NCBI GenBank assembly: GCA_022605425.2 | Contig: CM061251.1 | Location: 124,001-188,000 of the forward strand | Reading direction: 5' to 3' | Source of the DNA: Hamiltosporidium tvaerminnensis FI-OER-3-3 | Taxonomy: Eukaryota; Fungi; Microsporidia | Length of the DNA: 64,000 nt | Shown here: in pieces, positions 42,836 through 55,654 of the stretch | Position numbering within the stretch: position 1 is the first letter of the stretch | Layout: every line of letters begins with the position of its first letter | Made by a program: the position numbers and the translations under genes | The notes under the pieces: generated by a model | Seen by the model: the letters and a program-made list of their open reading frames with translations, nothing else | The model's database searches: none | What the model was told of the DNA's origin: nothing

Positions 42836-44595
42836 TTATTAGTTACTCCATCTACTAATATATCATATATATAACCATTTTAATATCTTAATACTAAGTA
42901 TTCACAGTTTATCTTTTGTTACACTCTGTTAACTTTATTATAGTTTTTTCTGTTTCTTTTACAAATATAAAATAAAAAAAACGACATTAGAATAATTTTT
43001 AAGCGTTTAAATGCAGAATAATGACAGAAATACCACTTTTAAAAATAAAAACGATTTATTTACAAAATATGGCTTGAATCATTCATATTCTAGAAAAGAT
43101 GAGGATTTTATTATAATTATATTTTTTGATATAATTTACCATTGTTCTTCTATTTCGATTAAAATCTTTTAATAGTTTTTCATTCAACTTCATTGGGCAA
43201 TATTCTAAGCTTTTCCTCATTTAATCCAATATTTCAGCCTTCTAATTGAAATCAATATCTTTTTTTATAGCAACACATCACGAAATTCAGATTAGCGAAT
43301 GAGGTGTAGGTTTTTTTTCTTTCTAACAGGGTCAAATACTTACCTGAATAATCCAGCGAGACAGTAGAGAATACTTTGTTATGCCTAGATATTTTTTTCT
43401 TAGAATCTATGTAAACCTGAGAGGTAGACTCAATTGTTTAAATTTAATTTTTTCTATGTTTTTTACACAAAATAAAAAGAATCATCATTATAAATTTCCT
43501 TTTTCGGATTTATAATAGTTTTATAAATCATAATTTAAATGTTTTTTTAAATGTTTTTTTAAATGTTTTTTTGTTGTTTTGATTATATCTAGTTTTCGCC
43601 GAGCTTGATTCAATTACATAAATTAACTATATTCGAAATTTTTTAGTCTTTTCAAGTTTTAGTTCCATTGGTTGGTAATAACGCCTAGGTTGTCTAATAT
43701 TATGCTCTTTTATTTTCCTCTAATAAAGAAATAAATTTGGTAATCGGCATATATTTGTTAAACCATTCGTTAAAAAATTTCTTTTCTTTTCAGTTTAAGA
43801 TACTAAGTATAATATTGACCTGAGTTAAGCGTTTGAACACAATAAAAAAACCGATGGTCGTTTTTTTGTAATGATAAATCAAGTTAAAGCTTTTTGTAAG
43901 ATACAAACATTTAAAAATTTTTATAAAACCATTATGAAAATATGGGTATTCCGCATACCAACGAGATTAGTATATATATTTTGCATTAATGATTTTGGTT
44001 ATCGACTGCATTACATTATTACGCTTCGAATTGGTGGCATTTTAGAAGTTCTGGAAGTTGTTAACAAATAATTCTGTTCGTTCTTGTATAAACTAGCGGT
44101 ATTTCCTGGTGCATGACTTTGTATATTGATATGACATAGAAAAGATATAAATACTGAGATCGTGGCTATATTAGCTTTAATATACCAATAAATTCTGTTA
44201 TTTTATGTTGTCAAAATCTATCTTGAAAAATATTTCGTTTTGACTTATATATAGATTTTAACTTTTATTTAGCAAATAATCTTTTCTAGTTGCCCTTAAT
44301 TTTCAATGACAAAGTTCCAGAAATTTAAATGCTTTAAGATTTTTCTTATGTTTTATTTGTCACAATCCATTTCATTTTGATAATATTTTATTTCTGCTCA
44401 AAATACTAAATGCTTAGTTCTTTCCAAATTATGGATATGAAATACATAAAAATTCAGAACCAACAGATAAATTAATATTATATATTTCTAAAATAATGGC
44501 ATTTTATGTTTATTTAAAGTAGACAGATTAATTTTAAAGAATTAGTTCAGAAATAAGTTATATTTAATATTATGTTTTTAGAAATATAGAAAACT

Positions 44596-45553
44596 CTTTA
44601 TTTAAAGAAATCACTTCTTTTAAAAACAGTGGTGATATTATATTTTTTTCATGGCTTTAAAGAATTTTAGGTTTAACTCAAATAACTGCTCCCCCAACAC
44701 TCCCTCGGTACTTCCTACGATACCTACGTACCAAAGCCTTTCATCTATAAAGTACATTTATCTTCGGCTCTACAGCCCCGCACGAGCTTTGGCCGCCATC
44801 AGTAATACCGCCTATCGATCTTTTTCGAGTGGGTTTGTTTACCTTTTCAGGTTTTGTAATTGGTGGTTTAGAGGGTGTGTTGTTAGCCCTACACCCAACA
44901 CCAATCTGGAAAACCAGTCCCTTTTATTCGCCTCTTACGACAAGCAGAAAATATTCTAAGCCATTTCTGCTTCCGGCATGTTGGGCATCTATAAATTATG
45001 TAGATCCAATTAATAGGCGAAGAAGTTGCACAAAGTTCTTTAATATTCGTTGCATGGTGTGTGATCGTAGTTACAAACCCACCTTGAGCTCCTATAATAC
45101 TACGCAGCATTCCCACTTACTCTACACTTTCCAAACCCTATGATTTATAGCTAAACTATATATCGGCGACTAAAATGAGATCCATCTAGACAATGCAATG
45201 TCACACGACAAGTATACCTGCTATTTAGCTTTCCCGGCTCTAAATGGTTTAGTTTTTGTATCACCCAGCCGCAAGTCTTCTTACCCGAATAAGCAAAGCT
45301 AGATTTCCATCCATATAGGTGAAAATTACCTACAATTTTAGCTGCGCCTCGATCTAGTTGAACAAAACACTACAAAATAAATTCAAAGGAAATAATTCAC
45401 ATTATCTAACCTTTCTCTTTCTCATACAAAAACCCATGGAACAACCAAAAATGCCCGATGGTTTTATTTCCACCAAAAATCCTACAATGATCTTCACACC
45501 AATTTCACATATTCATCGCCAAGCAGAAATTTTTTTTATAGTTAGCCCTCTCT
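44596..45553 (-). mobile_element. Family B copy 2, interrupted by a family A insertion
   Basis: Colinear with 24400-25121 on both sides of the insert. Confidence 0.8.
44755..44985 (-). mobile_element. Family A copy 2 (nested)
   Basis: TSD catctataaa(g/t)ta at 44742-44754 and 44986-44998. Confidence 0.85.
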
Positions 45554-45852
45554 AAATTTTACTTCAAATATTTATAAATTTATAAAGTCCCAATAATGCT
45601 GTAAATATTCACTCTTTAAGTTACATAAATTCATAATTTACATCAAATTATATTAAAAATATAGAACAAAATATAAAGAATTTTAAACTATTATCAATTC
45701 TTTTAATTCAAAAAGAAATAGTAAATAAGTTTTATTTGAGCAACATATCAACATCATAACGATTTATATAAATCATAGTTTATTTTTATAACTTTTTTCT
45801 TTTAGAAGAAGTTTTTAATTGAAAATATATTTTGTAATTAAACATCGGTAGA

Positions 45853-46004
45853 CTTTATTTAAAAGTATCACATCTTTTTTAAAAAAGGAAAAAAAAAAAA
45901 TTTTTTTTTTAAAAAAAAAAAAAAATTTAAAAAAAAAAAAAAAAAAACCCAAACCCAAAAAAAAAAAACACCCCCCCAAACACCCAACCCCCCAAACCCC
46001 CAAA

Positions 46005-46036
<32 letters not shown>

Positions 46037-46140
46037 AGGCGAGTTGCCCAAAATTTTTTAAAGTGAGGGGGAAGGAAAGACCAAAAACCCCCCCCCCCCC
46101 CCCAAAACCAAAAACCCCCCCCCCCCCCCCCCCCCAACCC

Positions 46141-46229
<89 letters not shown>

Positions 46230-46275
46230 AAAAACCCCCCCCCCAAAAAAAAAAAATAAAAAAAAAAAAAAAACA

Positions 46276-46321
<46 letters not shown>

Positions 46322-46352
46322 AAAAAAAAAAAAAAAATCCAAAAAATAAAAA

Positions 46353-46409
<57 letters not shown>

Positions 46410-46425
46410 AACAAAAAAAAAAAAC

Positions 46426-46517
<92 letters not shown>

Positions 46518-46538
46518 AAAAAAAAATTAAATTTTTTT
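45853..46538 (-). mobile_element. Family B copy 3, mostly corrupted to homopolymers
   Basis: Begins with the family B terminus ctttatttaaaagtatcacatc and retains ggcgagttgccc at about the expected offset. Exact 15-bp TSD ttaaacatcggtaga (45838-45852, 46539-46553). Confidence 0.7.
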
Positions 46539-47040
46539 TTAAACATCGGTAGATATTATTTATATTAAATTAAATCAAATATTATATTTCAATCTGAATA
46601 TATCAAAAATACCAGGGTTTTATTGTAAGAATTATTTTCATATTTCTTTGTTTCTTAAATAATTTGGCTATAAAAAAGTATTCTCTGTATCTAACCATAC
46701 ACTTTAATTGAAGAATTTAAAAAAGATTAAGAAATTTATTTCTACGCTCAATTGCTCTAAATTTATACAGATTCAATTAAAATACAAAATCGGTCGTTTC
46801 ATTATCCTGTAATTATACTCTAAAATATTATTAGAAAATATTAGAAAGATCTGTGAATATTTACATTTATTTAAACATATTTCAGTTGTTTGTTATATTT
46901 GATGAAATTTTTTTTTTCATTTTTTTTACTCTCTTAGTTAATTTATTGAGTTATTTAAATTCATCTCTTCTTCTTCTATATTTTGAGATTTTTATGAATA
47001 TTTACAAATATAAAAATACCCATTCAAAAAAAAAGACAAG

Positions 47041-47352
47041 ATGAGAGTTCCAACAGATAACAAAATAATAATAAAAAACCATTTACTTAAAAAAGGATGT
47101 TTGGTAGTAGAAGACAATATACGAGCAATACATCCAGAACTCAATATACCTAATTTTCATGTAATGCAAATGATGAGAAGTTTTGTATCAAAAGGATATG
47201 TTAGTAAAGTTTTTGTATGGCGACACGGATACTATTTTTTAAAAGTTGAAGGTGCAGCTGAACTTAAGAAAGAAATGGCGTATGAAGAGCAAGATGTTCC
47301 TGTTCCACATGGTGGTGAAAAACAAGAACAGACCAGAGTTAGAGGGCAATAA
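47041..47352 (+). CDS. RPS10: 40S ribosomal protein S10 (eS10)
   Basis: HPELNIPNFHVMQMMRSFVSKGYV..VFVWRHGYYFL..EG matches the eS10 core. Confidence 0.95.
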   Translation: MRVPTDNKIIIKNHLLKKGCLVVEDNIRAIHPELNIPNFHVMQMMRSFVSKGYVSKVFVWRHGYYFLKVEGAAELKKEMAYEEQDVPVPHGGEKQEQTRVRGQ

Positions 47353-47484
47353 TTAAAAAAGGTTTGATTTAAATATTTTATTTTTTTTTCCGATTTTGAT
47401 AGTGATTTTGTTTTTTTAAAAAAAGCTATTAAAATGTTATTTGTACCACATGTTTGGTATAAGATCTTTGATTAGAAAAAAGAT

Positions 47485-47645
47485 AAAAAAATATTTTAAT
47501 TTTACGTAAAAAGAATCCAGTTTTAATAGGGGATTGGTACTAAAAAAGGTAAAAAAATATTTTAATTTTACATAAAAAGAATCCAGTTTTAATAGGGGAT
47601 TGGTACTAAAAAAGGTGAAAAAAATATTTTAATTTTACATAAAAA
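47485..47645. repeat. Tandem repeat, ~2.4 x 66-67 bp
   Basis: atattttaattttac at 47491, 47557 and 47624. Confidence 0.85.
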
Positions 47646-48399
47646 ACGGGTTTTGAATAAAAAGTAATTTTCTATATAATACAGGTTATTTAAAGAACAT
47701 AAATACTATAAATAGCTTAAAATTTCTTAAATAATTTTATTAGTAAAATAAGTGTAAACTTAGAGTTTGAAGATAATTTGGTTAGTAGTATGAATAAAGT
47801 AATATTTTTTACAGATATAATTTATTAGAGAGGTGTAAAATAAGCATTAGTAGTAGTTTTTTTTTCATTAACACTTTGGTTTAGTATTGTGAAAATAAAT
47901 AGTTAAAATTATAAACTCTATAGTTTTATTTGCAATTAGAAAATCTGATTTACAAAAATAAAAATTGAGTAAAAAAACCATAAATTTAGTATGATTTGGT
48001 CTATTTAAAAATTATGTTTACTTTTCATATGGTGGTTAATAAGTTTTTTCTATATTTTTCACATGTCTAAATTTATAAGTTAAAAACGAACTTTTTAACT
48101 AAACTTACAAAAAATCATAATCTAAGGAATTCTGTTAAACAATAAAAAAATATGCGAATATTTGAACTTCTAAAATTTTTTAATCTCTAGATAGTAGAAT
48201 GGAGCTGAAAACCGTTTTTAAAATATTTTTTTTATTTTTTTTCAAGATAAAAATTTGTGGATTTGTAATATTTTATGTGTTTTTTTTGCTTTTAATATAT
48301 TTATTCACTTATTATCTATTTTCTCATAATGTTGAACAATCTAAAACAGTTCTTATAAATTAATCTTTTCTTATATTTTTTTGCAAAATTGTTTCCCTG

Positions 48400-48948
48400 A
48401 TGGCAGATACAAATGATATAATAATTATAGGAAATGGGCCTGCATGCTTTACAGCTGCAATATATGCAGCTACGGCAAATTATAAATTAATAGTGATTGA
48501 AACCCATAGAATAGATAGCGATACTTATAATTTCAATGGATGTGATAAAATATGTGGTTTGGAAAATACTGAGACATGTAGCAGTTACATTGAAAAAATA
48601 AAAGAACAAACAAAAAATTTTAGTGTGAAAATTAAAAACGGGAAAATAAAATCTTTCGGGTATAAAAATTATTTATATAAAATTGAGATTGGAGATGAAA
48701 CTATTTATGGAAAAAGTCTTATTATTGATGATAAAGAAATATTTGATAAATATATTTTTAATAAAATTGATTGTAGAATGATATTTAAGAAAGGGTGTGA
48801 TCTTGATGGCAAGGAAACAGATGTATCTAAAAGTGTATTTTTGTGTGGTAGTGCTGATGCGGATGTGGAAAAAGAAGCTATTGTATTGGCAGCCAGTGGA
48901 TGTATTGCTGCTTTGGAGTGCAAGGAGTTTCTTGGTTTAATAAAGTAA
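48400..48948 (+). CDS. Thioredoxin-reductase-like protein with FAD-domain halves only (182 aa)
   Basis: N-terminal IIIIGNGPACFTAAIYAA and C-terminal VFLCG....KEAIVLAASGCIAALECKEFL; central NADPH/CxxC domain absent; ccctgATG context. Confidence 0.8.
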   Translation: MADTNDIIIIGNGPACFTAAIYAATANYKLIVIETHRIDSDTYNFNGCDKICGLENTETCSSYIEKIKEQTKNFSVKIKNGKIKSFGYKNYLYKIEIGDETIYGKSLIIDDKEIFDKYIFNKIDCRMIFKKGCDLDGKETDVSKSVFLCGSADADVEKEAIVLAASGCIAALECKEFLGLIK

Positions 48949-49995
48949 TATTTGAATGTTTCAAGTGTTTATTAAGATACATGTAATTTTAGATTTTTTT
49001 GTAGATAAAGAATAAAGAAATATTTAATTTATTCAGAATTGTATACTATGACAACAAAATTTAATTAATCTTATAAGTAGTATATCATGATTATTTGATA
49101 TTTAATTTAATATTTTTTTATTCTAAATTTCAAGATTCAAATATTATTTTTTACATTAAAATAATTTAAATATTAGATTTTTCGATGTCAAAATAGTTAA
49201 AAAGCGAGTGGTCATGAATATTATGTCTAATAAGGTTGTATGAACAATTTTGAACTGAATAAAAAATTTTAAACCGTCAGATTAAACAATCCGGTTTACT
49301 TGATAAATCAGATGAAAAAGAAATTTAAGTTTATTTTTTAAATTTAATTCTAATAACCGCACAGAGAAATTCTGATATACCGAAACAATCATATTGTTTT
49401 GAAACTCAAGTATTCTTAAATTTAGTTTAATTATATTATATATACTAGTTCTATAGATTATTTGGAGTAAATTTAATTAATTACCTTATGATTAGAACCA
49501 TACTGAAATATGATTTTCCACGATAGAATCAAATCATTTTTATAGATAATTTTACATTGATCGAACTTGTTACAACTTAACATTTAAATAAAAGAATATT
49601 GGTTTCTTTTACAAAGATAGGCTCTTTAATATACAAGGAGAATTTAAAAAAATATTACATTTTTAGAATATAAGCATAGATTTAGAGAAGCTGATGGTTA
49701 AAAATATGTTTATCAAATATAATGTAACAAAGATTACAGAATAATTAAATACGTTGAGCAAATTAAATATAAATCTCAATATGAATTATAAACCTTTGTC
49801 ATGGTATATATAATCCAAAATAAACATCAGATATTTATGAACCCGTAATATTGATGATTTATTACGACTAAGATAAAAATAAAAACAGTTGATCTGAAGT
49901 TTTATAATATAATATGATTTATAAGATATAGATGGAAAAATATGATAAATAATATACCAAGATAAATAATTTGATTCTATCTATACTATAAAAAC

Positions 49996-50216
49996 GTACC
50001 ATCGGTCTAGTGATGAGAATATCAGAATTTAATTCCGAAGTGATGGGTTCAATAAACTGGTAGGTAGACTCTTTATCCTTCGAACGAGGAAGGTTTGTGT
50101 TGGGCTAACAATATTAAAGTCAAAGGAAAAAAGTCTATGACAAGCCTTTGACTTTGAAAAGCTCCTTTCACATTGTGAATTGAGTTTCGTACGTAAAGAA
50201 AAAAAAGCCGAAAAAA
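49996..50216 (+). mobile_element. Decayed tRNA-headed SINE with an RTE-derived body
   Basis: A-box-like ggtctagtgatgag and B-box-like gggttcaata; ggtttgtgttgggctaaca shared with family A; A-rich tail; imperfect TSD atactataaaaac/atactatgcaaac (49983-95, 50217-29). Confidence 0.5.
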
Positions 50217-50587
50217 ATACTATGCAAACTAAAAATTATCCACCGATTGGTTCAATTCCATATAATCATATATTTTAACAAGAGTTTTCCATTAAAAATA
50301 AAAAAATAATCATCAAACAAATTATACTGAATTACGAATTATAGGATTTAAATATCAGGCGTCTTGTTGTAATTAGCCAACAGCCATAATGCAAATAATT
50401 GAGGAATCATTAGCTTACTATTCACAAAATAAATTTAACCAACCTAAAAATGCTTAAAGTTAAAATTTGTAAGAATTTTCACTCTTCTTTCAAATAGGAA
50501 AATATGGCGATATAAAATATTTAAATTGAACTAAGTTTTTTTTGTTAAAAACGTAATGTAATTTTCATTAGTAAAAGAATGTCAGTT

Positions 50588-50821
50588 TCAACCATGCCTG
50601 TAGCGAAATTGACTTGGTGTATTCTCTGCTTGTTGTATAGGCGACTAAAAGGGGCTATTTCTTCATGTTGGGGTTGGGCGTAGGATTAACAACAACCGTT
50701 TGAACCAATTTGTTATGAAACCCGAAAAAGTAAATAAATTCACTGGAAAAATACTGTTAAGCGATATTACTGAAGAAGGCCAAGGCCCATGCAAGGCTGT
50801 AGTACCGATTATGAATGAATA
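50588..50821 (+). mobile_element. Family A copy 3
   Basis: Full-length alignment with copy 1; (tgaa)n tail; TSD degenerate. Confidence 0.8.
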
Positions 50822-52368
50822 AAATGTCGAATTTAAAACACATCGAGAAATACTACATACTTTCGGCGCTAACATGAGAAATATATACCAAATATGCTAT
50901 AATATTAAAAGATATGACTATAATTCTCGTTTTGCTCTCAATAAAGAAACATAAATTTAGTCTTTGAACAAACAACAAGTTCTTATTACCAAGAAATCTA
51001 TGAACGCGAGGCAAAAAAAATTAAATAACATAATATAGTAAAAATGAATAATATAATTGTAGTTAAAACCGAAAAACTCTTATAATAGACAATATATACC
51101 CCCTGAGCTGCTTTTTATTAAAGAAAAGATATTATTTAGGTGTTATCTTAAATTTTTTATACCAAAAACTCGATAAGTAAGGTTTTCTTACCAAAAAAAC
51201 CTTAGATTACTTCTATAATCTAACCGTATAAAACCTATAATAGTTATATCTCACATGAAATTTTTTGGTGGTATCCTATTTTCTCTTAGAAGCTCCAATT
51301 AAGCCAGAAAAGGATAATCATCTGAATAATGAGATTAAAAATACAATCTAAACCATATATTTACTTAACAAGAGAGATTAGAATTAATATCATACTCATA
51401 TAAAAGTTTTAATCGTATTCGGAACAATTTAAGAATCCGGTCAAAACATAACAATACATATACCACATCTAATACATTTCAACAAGAAGATAGTGATAAG
51501 CAAATCATCTATACGGGTCAAATACCTTTTATTTTAACATAATATAAGGAAACAAAGCTTCATTTAAAATCCAAAATGAAATTTAATATAACGAAAATAT
51601 AGAATAAAACCAGAAATGTGTTATATCAAAGGTACTATAATATAATGTTTAACTTGCTATTAAATAATATAAATTAAATTCTACAAATGAGTAGAAATAA
51701 TTAACGTTTCATTTGCAATTTAGACTTAACCAAGTGTTTAATGATTGTTGATTTTGGCAATTAAAGGATGTAATTGTATTAAATTTGACCTAACTAACTT
51801 TTCATGAAAATATTAGCGATCATGATTGAAATATTAGCAAATTATAAAAAGTTTATAATATCTAATCTTAAGGCTGGTGATTAACTTTATTTATAGGTAA
51901 ATGATAAAAAAAGCCAACTTTATCCATCTATATTCTACTATATGATTATTCATTAAAAATGTTTCAGTAAATCTTAGATCTATAACTGGAAATTCTTTAT
52001 ATAACTTTTAAAAAAATCTAATTTGGTTTTTTATAGTAAAAATATTCAAGTTTAAGAAATAAATCGAATTAAATAGAAGATTGAAAGTGTAAAACAAATA
52101 TAAATCAAGTTTTATGAATGAAAACGGTAAAAAAAAAAGTTAAAACCTTAATATGTACCAAAAATACCTATAATACAAAAGTTTTTATCCAACCTTGTAA
52201 TTTTTGATATTTTTTTACCCAAATATAATTAAATGATTGAAATGTTTTATTTGTAATTTTTTACTATATTAGACAGGGTATTGAAATTAGAAATTACATA
52301 AATAATGCAAGTTAGAATATAAATTTTAACTGTCTTCTTTTTATTTTTATTTAAGTACTTGTTATCTA

Positions 52369-53496
52369 CTAAAAGGATTTGCAGCAAAGAATATCATTAA
52401 ATGTACAAATATCTTGTGTAGCAAATATTTCATTTTTGTTACACAATTCTAACAAAGCTACGAAGGCGAGTGCTTTTTTAGAATTATCAAGTCCTTCAAC
52501 GATGTTTTGAAATGTAAATTCTAATGGCAATGAATCCTTTGTAAAAAAATCGTTGTATATATTTTCATCACTCATGTCTAATTCATCCTGTGCAAAAGAA
52601 GGGTAATTATATTCAGTGGTAAAATCGGGCTCAAATCCGGTATCTAGTAATGTTTCTGCTCTTTGAACTTCCACACTTTGTCTTGATTCGATTTCAATTT
52701 TTTTTTTTAGAATATCGATTAGATAGGAATTTATTGAAATATTTTTAGAAAATAAATCGTTAATTAAGTTCTTTTCTTTTCTTAGAATCAGGTTGTTTGC
52801 ATTTGTTTGGTTAAAATATAAATCATCAAAATCTAACTGTGTTTCTCGATCAAACTGTATTTTTCTTCGTTTAGATATTTTTTGATCTGTTATTGCAATA
52901 GATTCCTTACTTTGATTTGGAGAATCGTGAAGAACAAACGAGTTTTGAATTATGTTAGAATGTACCGAATTAGATTGCATAGCTGACATTTCTCCTATAA
53001 CACTGTCTAAGTTCATGTTTGATGCTTCTCTGGCTTCTTCAACGTGAGAATAGTTTTCAGGACCATCATATTCCAATTCAAAATCATCTTTTAAGAAATC
53101 AGCCGCTTCAATATTTTCATATTCAGCTGCAAATTCTGAAGGTTCAACTGGTTTAATCCTACAAAGTGGGGCTAATCTTAAATTCTTATGCTCAGATCTT
53201 TTCGGACGTGGTTTAGATATTATCGAAATAATAGACATCATATCTTCAAATATATATTTGCCTTTTTTATCTAAAATCTTAGCCATTCCTAAAATAAAAT
53301 GACTTGTTATCCATATAGGCAATCTCAATGTATTATAGTGTATAAGTTTTCGTTTTACTTCTTCAAGTTCAAATTCTTTAATTTGTGATTTTGTTACTTT
53401 TCGTACATCTTGATATACATTCCATACCAAGGATAAATGTTTCTCTTGAGATATAAATGTTTGCAAATTGGACATGGATATGAAATTTTTTCTCAT
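52369..53496 (-). CDS. Cohesin kleisin subunit, Rad21/Rec8 family
   Basis: N-terminal LSLVW...KVTKSQI...ITSHFILGMAKILDKK.KYIFED; C-terminal winged helix KALAFVALLEL....IFATQ...FNDI; ExxR motifs VEEAR and VEVQR. Confidence 0.85.
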   Translation of the reverse strand: MRKNFISMSNLQTFISQEKHLSLVWNVYQDVRKVTKSQIKEFELEEVKRKLIHYNTLRLPIWITSHFILGMAKILDKKGKYIFEDMMSIISIISKPRPKRSEHKNLRLAPLCRIKPVEPSEFAAEYENIEAADFLKDDFELEYDGPENYSHVEEAREASNMNLDSVIGEMSAMQSNSVHSNIIQNSFVLHDSPNQSKESIAITDQKISKRRKIQFDRETQLDFDDLYFNQTNANNLILRKEKNLINDLFSKNISINSYLIDILKKKIEIESRQSVEVQRAETLLDTGFEPDFTTEYNYPSFAQDELDMSDENIYNDFFTKDSLPLEFTFQNIVEGLDNSKKALAFVALLELCNKNEIFATQDICTFNDILCCKSF

Positions 53497-54040
53497 ATAT
53501 ATATTTTTTTTGGCGCATTTTTTAAAACGAAATATTTACATTTAAGGAATAACGTTAGATTTCTTTTATTTTAAATCTTGAAAGTGATTTAAAAATTATT
53601 TATGAATATTTTTTATTCATTTTAAAATATATTCGGCGCAAGTAATGTTTGGGTGCATAATCGCAGTGATTATAGTATTAATTTAAAAAAAATGATATCC
53701 TTTATTTAAAAGGTATTTTATCATTTTTTCACTGTAAAATATATTTTTAATTAGTTTTTCAATCAGTTTGAATACTGACTAGTTTTTAACTGTTTTAATA
53801 CATGATTTGATAATTATAGTTTGGTAATTGAAGTTTTTTTTCTTCTTTATTCTCGAATAAAATTGTCTCGGTGTTAAGAAGTGATAATAAAATGTTTAAT
53901 TTTTTCAATTTATATGAAAATTTAAAATAAAAAAAAACATCAAAAGAATACAGTTTTCTCTTCAAGATATTGTAAAAAAATTGATTCTAGTTAAATTATA
54001 AAATATGTTTTTTATGCCAGAATTTTGTTTGTAAAATATT

Positions 54041-54299
54041 TTTATATATTTAAGTTACGAGATAGAAAAAATTTTATATTTTTTGGTTTGCGACAAAAGC
54101 TAAAAATTTAACATACTTTATATATTTAAGTTACGAGATAAAAAAAATTTTATATTTTTTGGTTTGAGACAAAAGCTAAAAATTTAACATACTTTATATA
54201 TTTAAGTTACGAGATAAAAAAAATTTTATATTTTTTGGTTTGCGACAAAAGCTAAAAATTTAACATACTTTATATATTTAAGTTACGAGATAAAAAAAA
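54041..54299. repeat. Tandem repeat, ~3.4 x 76 bp
   Basis: taagttacgagata at 54051, 54127, 54203 and 54279. Confidence 0.9.
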
Positions 54300-55186
54300 G
54301 TAGTTGATTTGATTCTAACTCTATTTTCCGTCAGTTACTGAAATATTGAATTTTTTTGCTCGTAAGCCATAACTTAGTCAATGATTTTATGAAATACCAT
54401 TTTGTTTTAATATTTTAAATGAAGCTAGATACAATGATTTTATTTGAAAAAATTTGGAGATAAAAATTTTTGAGTAAAGATAAAAATTATATTCAACTGA
54501 AAGATGTATAGAATGATTAGATATTTCATAATTTATCCATTTAAACATATTTTTTTGTATTTTACAGTAAATATAATCGACTACTGTATTTCTAAATATT
54601 AATTACGATTTGAAAAATAATGAAAAGCTTATTAATTAAAGATTTGCTTCTGAGTGAAGTCTTAAAACCAAATATGTTTAAAATTTATGGAGATATGTTT
54701 TCTTGTGTGATTTTTTTACTTAAGAATTTGAAAAATAATAAGAATTAATTTAATTATATCTTGTAAAAAGTAGCCATTTTGTAATAAATGTGTTTAAGCG
54801 TAAATACATAAGTTAATTATAGAATAAATCTTAATATTCTTCTTGGACTCTAAAAATATAGGTAGTGTTATGTAAAAAATATTAAAATTCTTTGGACTAG
54901 GAGATTTATAGGATATAAATTCCATTATATACTAATGAGAAACAGAAAAATTGTTGTAAAAATATGTATTATCTATGTCCTACTATATATTTAATAAATA
55001 AATAAGATAACTTGAAATTTATATTGGCTATTAATGTCGTTTTAATTCGTAAATTCAAAAACTCTCAGGTTTGAAAGCTTCTTTTTTTCGATTTTTTTTG
55101 TTAAATGATTACTTGTGTTTGTTTAAAAACATTAAAATTAATTGTATAAATTCAAAATAATAAAATGATTAAGATTCTGATGCTAG

Positions 55187-55560
55187 TTTTTCTAGAAAAA
55201 AATATCAAGATAGATTTTTGATGAAAAGATGAAATTTTGTTTAGTTAGAATATTCGATTAGAATTTTTGATAGAAATTTTCTGGCGGTCAAGAAGTTTTA
55301 TCAAAATAGAACATTCTAATTTGGATCTAAAAAGGAAATTTTTATAAAATTTCTAAAAACCAAATAAAAATTTCATAAGTAGAAAATTCTAGTAAAAAAA
55401 ATTAAAGCAAAATTTTCATAAAATTCTTCGATAGAACATTCTATTTTGATCATCGGATATAATTTTATATTCAATTTCACTAGGCCAAAGAAACTTTCTT
55501 GTCTTAGAACATTCTAAATGGAATTTAAGCATAAATTTGAATAGAATTTTGATAGATTTA
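55187..55560. promoter_or_regulatory. Cluster of heat-shock-element-like nGAAnnTTCn motifs
   Basis: AGAACATTCT at 55308, 55433 and 55506; AGAAAATTCT at 55381; AGAATATTCG at 55247; TTCTAGAA near 55190. All lie directly upstream of the ATG at 55655. Confidence 0.5.
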
Positions 55561-55654
55561 TTGATTAAATATCATCCAAAAAAGGAAAATAATTTACTTA
55601 ATAGATTAGCCTAGAATCTAAAAAAGTATTTAATAGTGCGAAATCTGAAAAAAT

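Noticed and set aside
43336-43346. ATACTTACCTG, identical to the U1 snRNA 5' end
   Set aside because: No U1-70K loop (GATCANGAAG), no TTGCAC loop and no recognisable cloverleaf follow.
45220-45232. GCTATTTAGCTTT matching a dicistrovirus IGR-IRES stem-loop
   Set aside because: Not conserved in family B copy 1, and it lies on the strand opposite to that favoured by the G:U pairs.
54041-54299. CRISPR-like appearance of the tandem arrays
   Set aside because: Units repeat in full with no unique spacers, there are no cas genes, and the context is eukaryotic.
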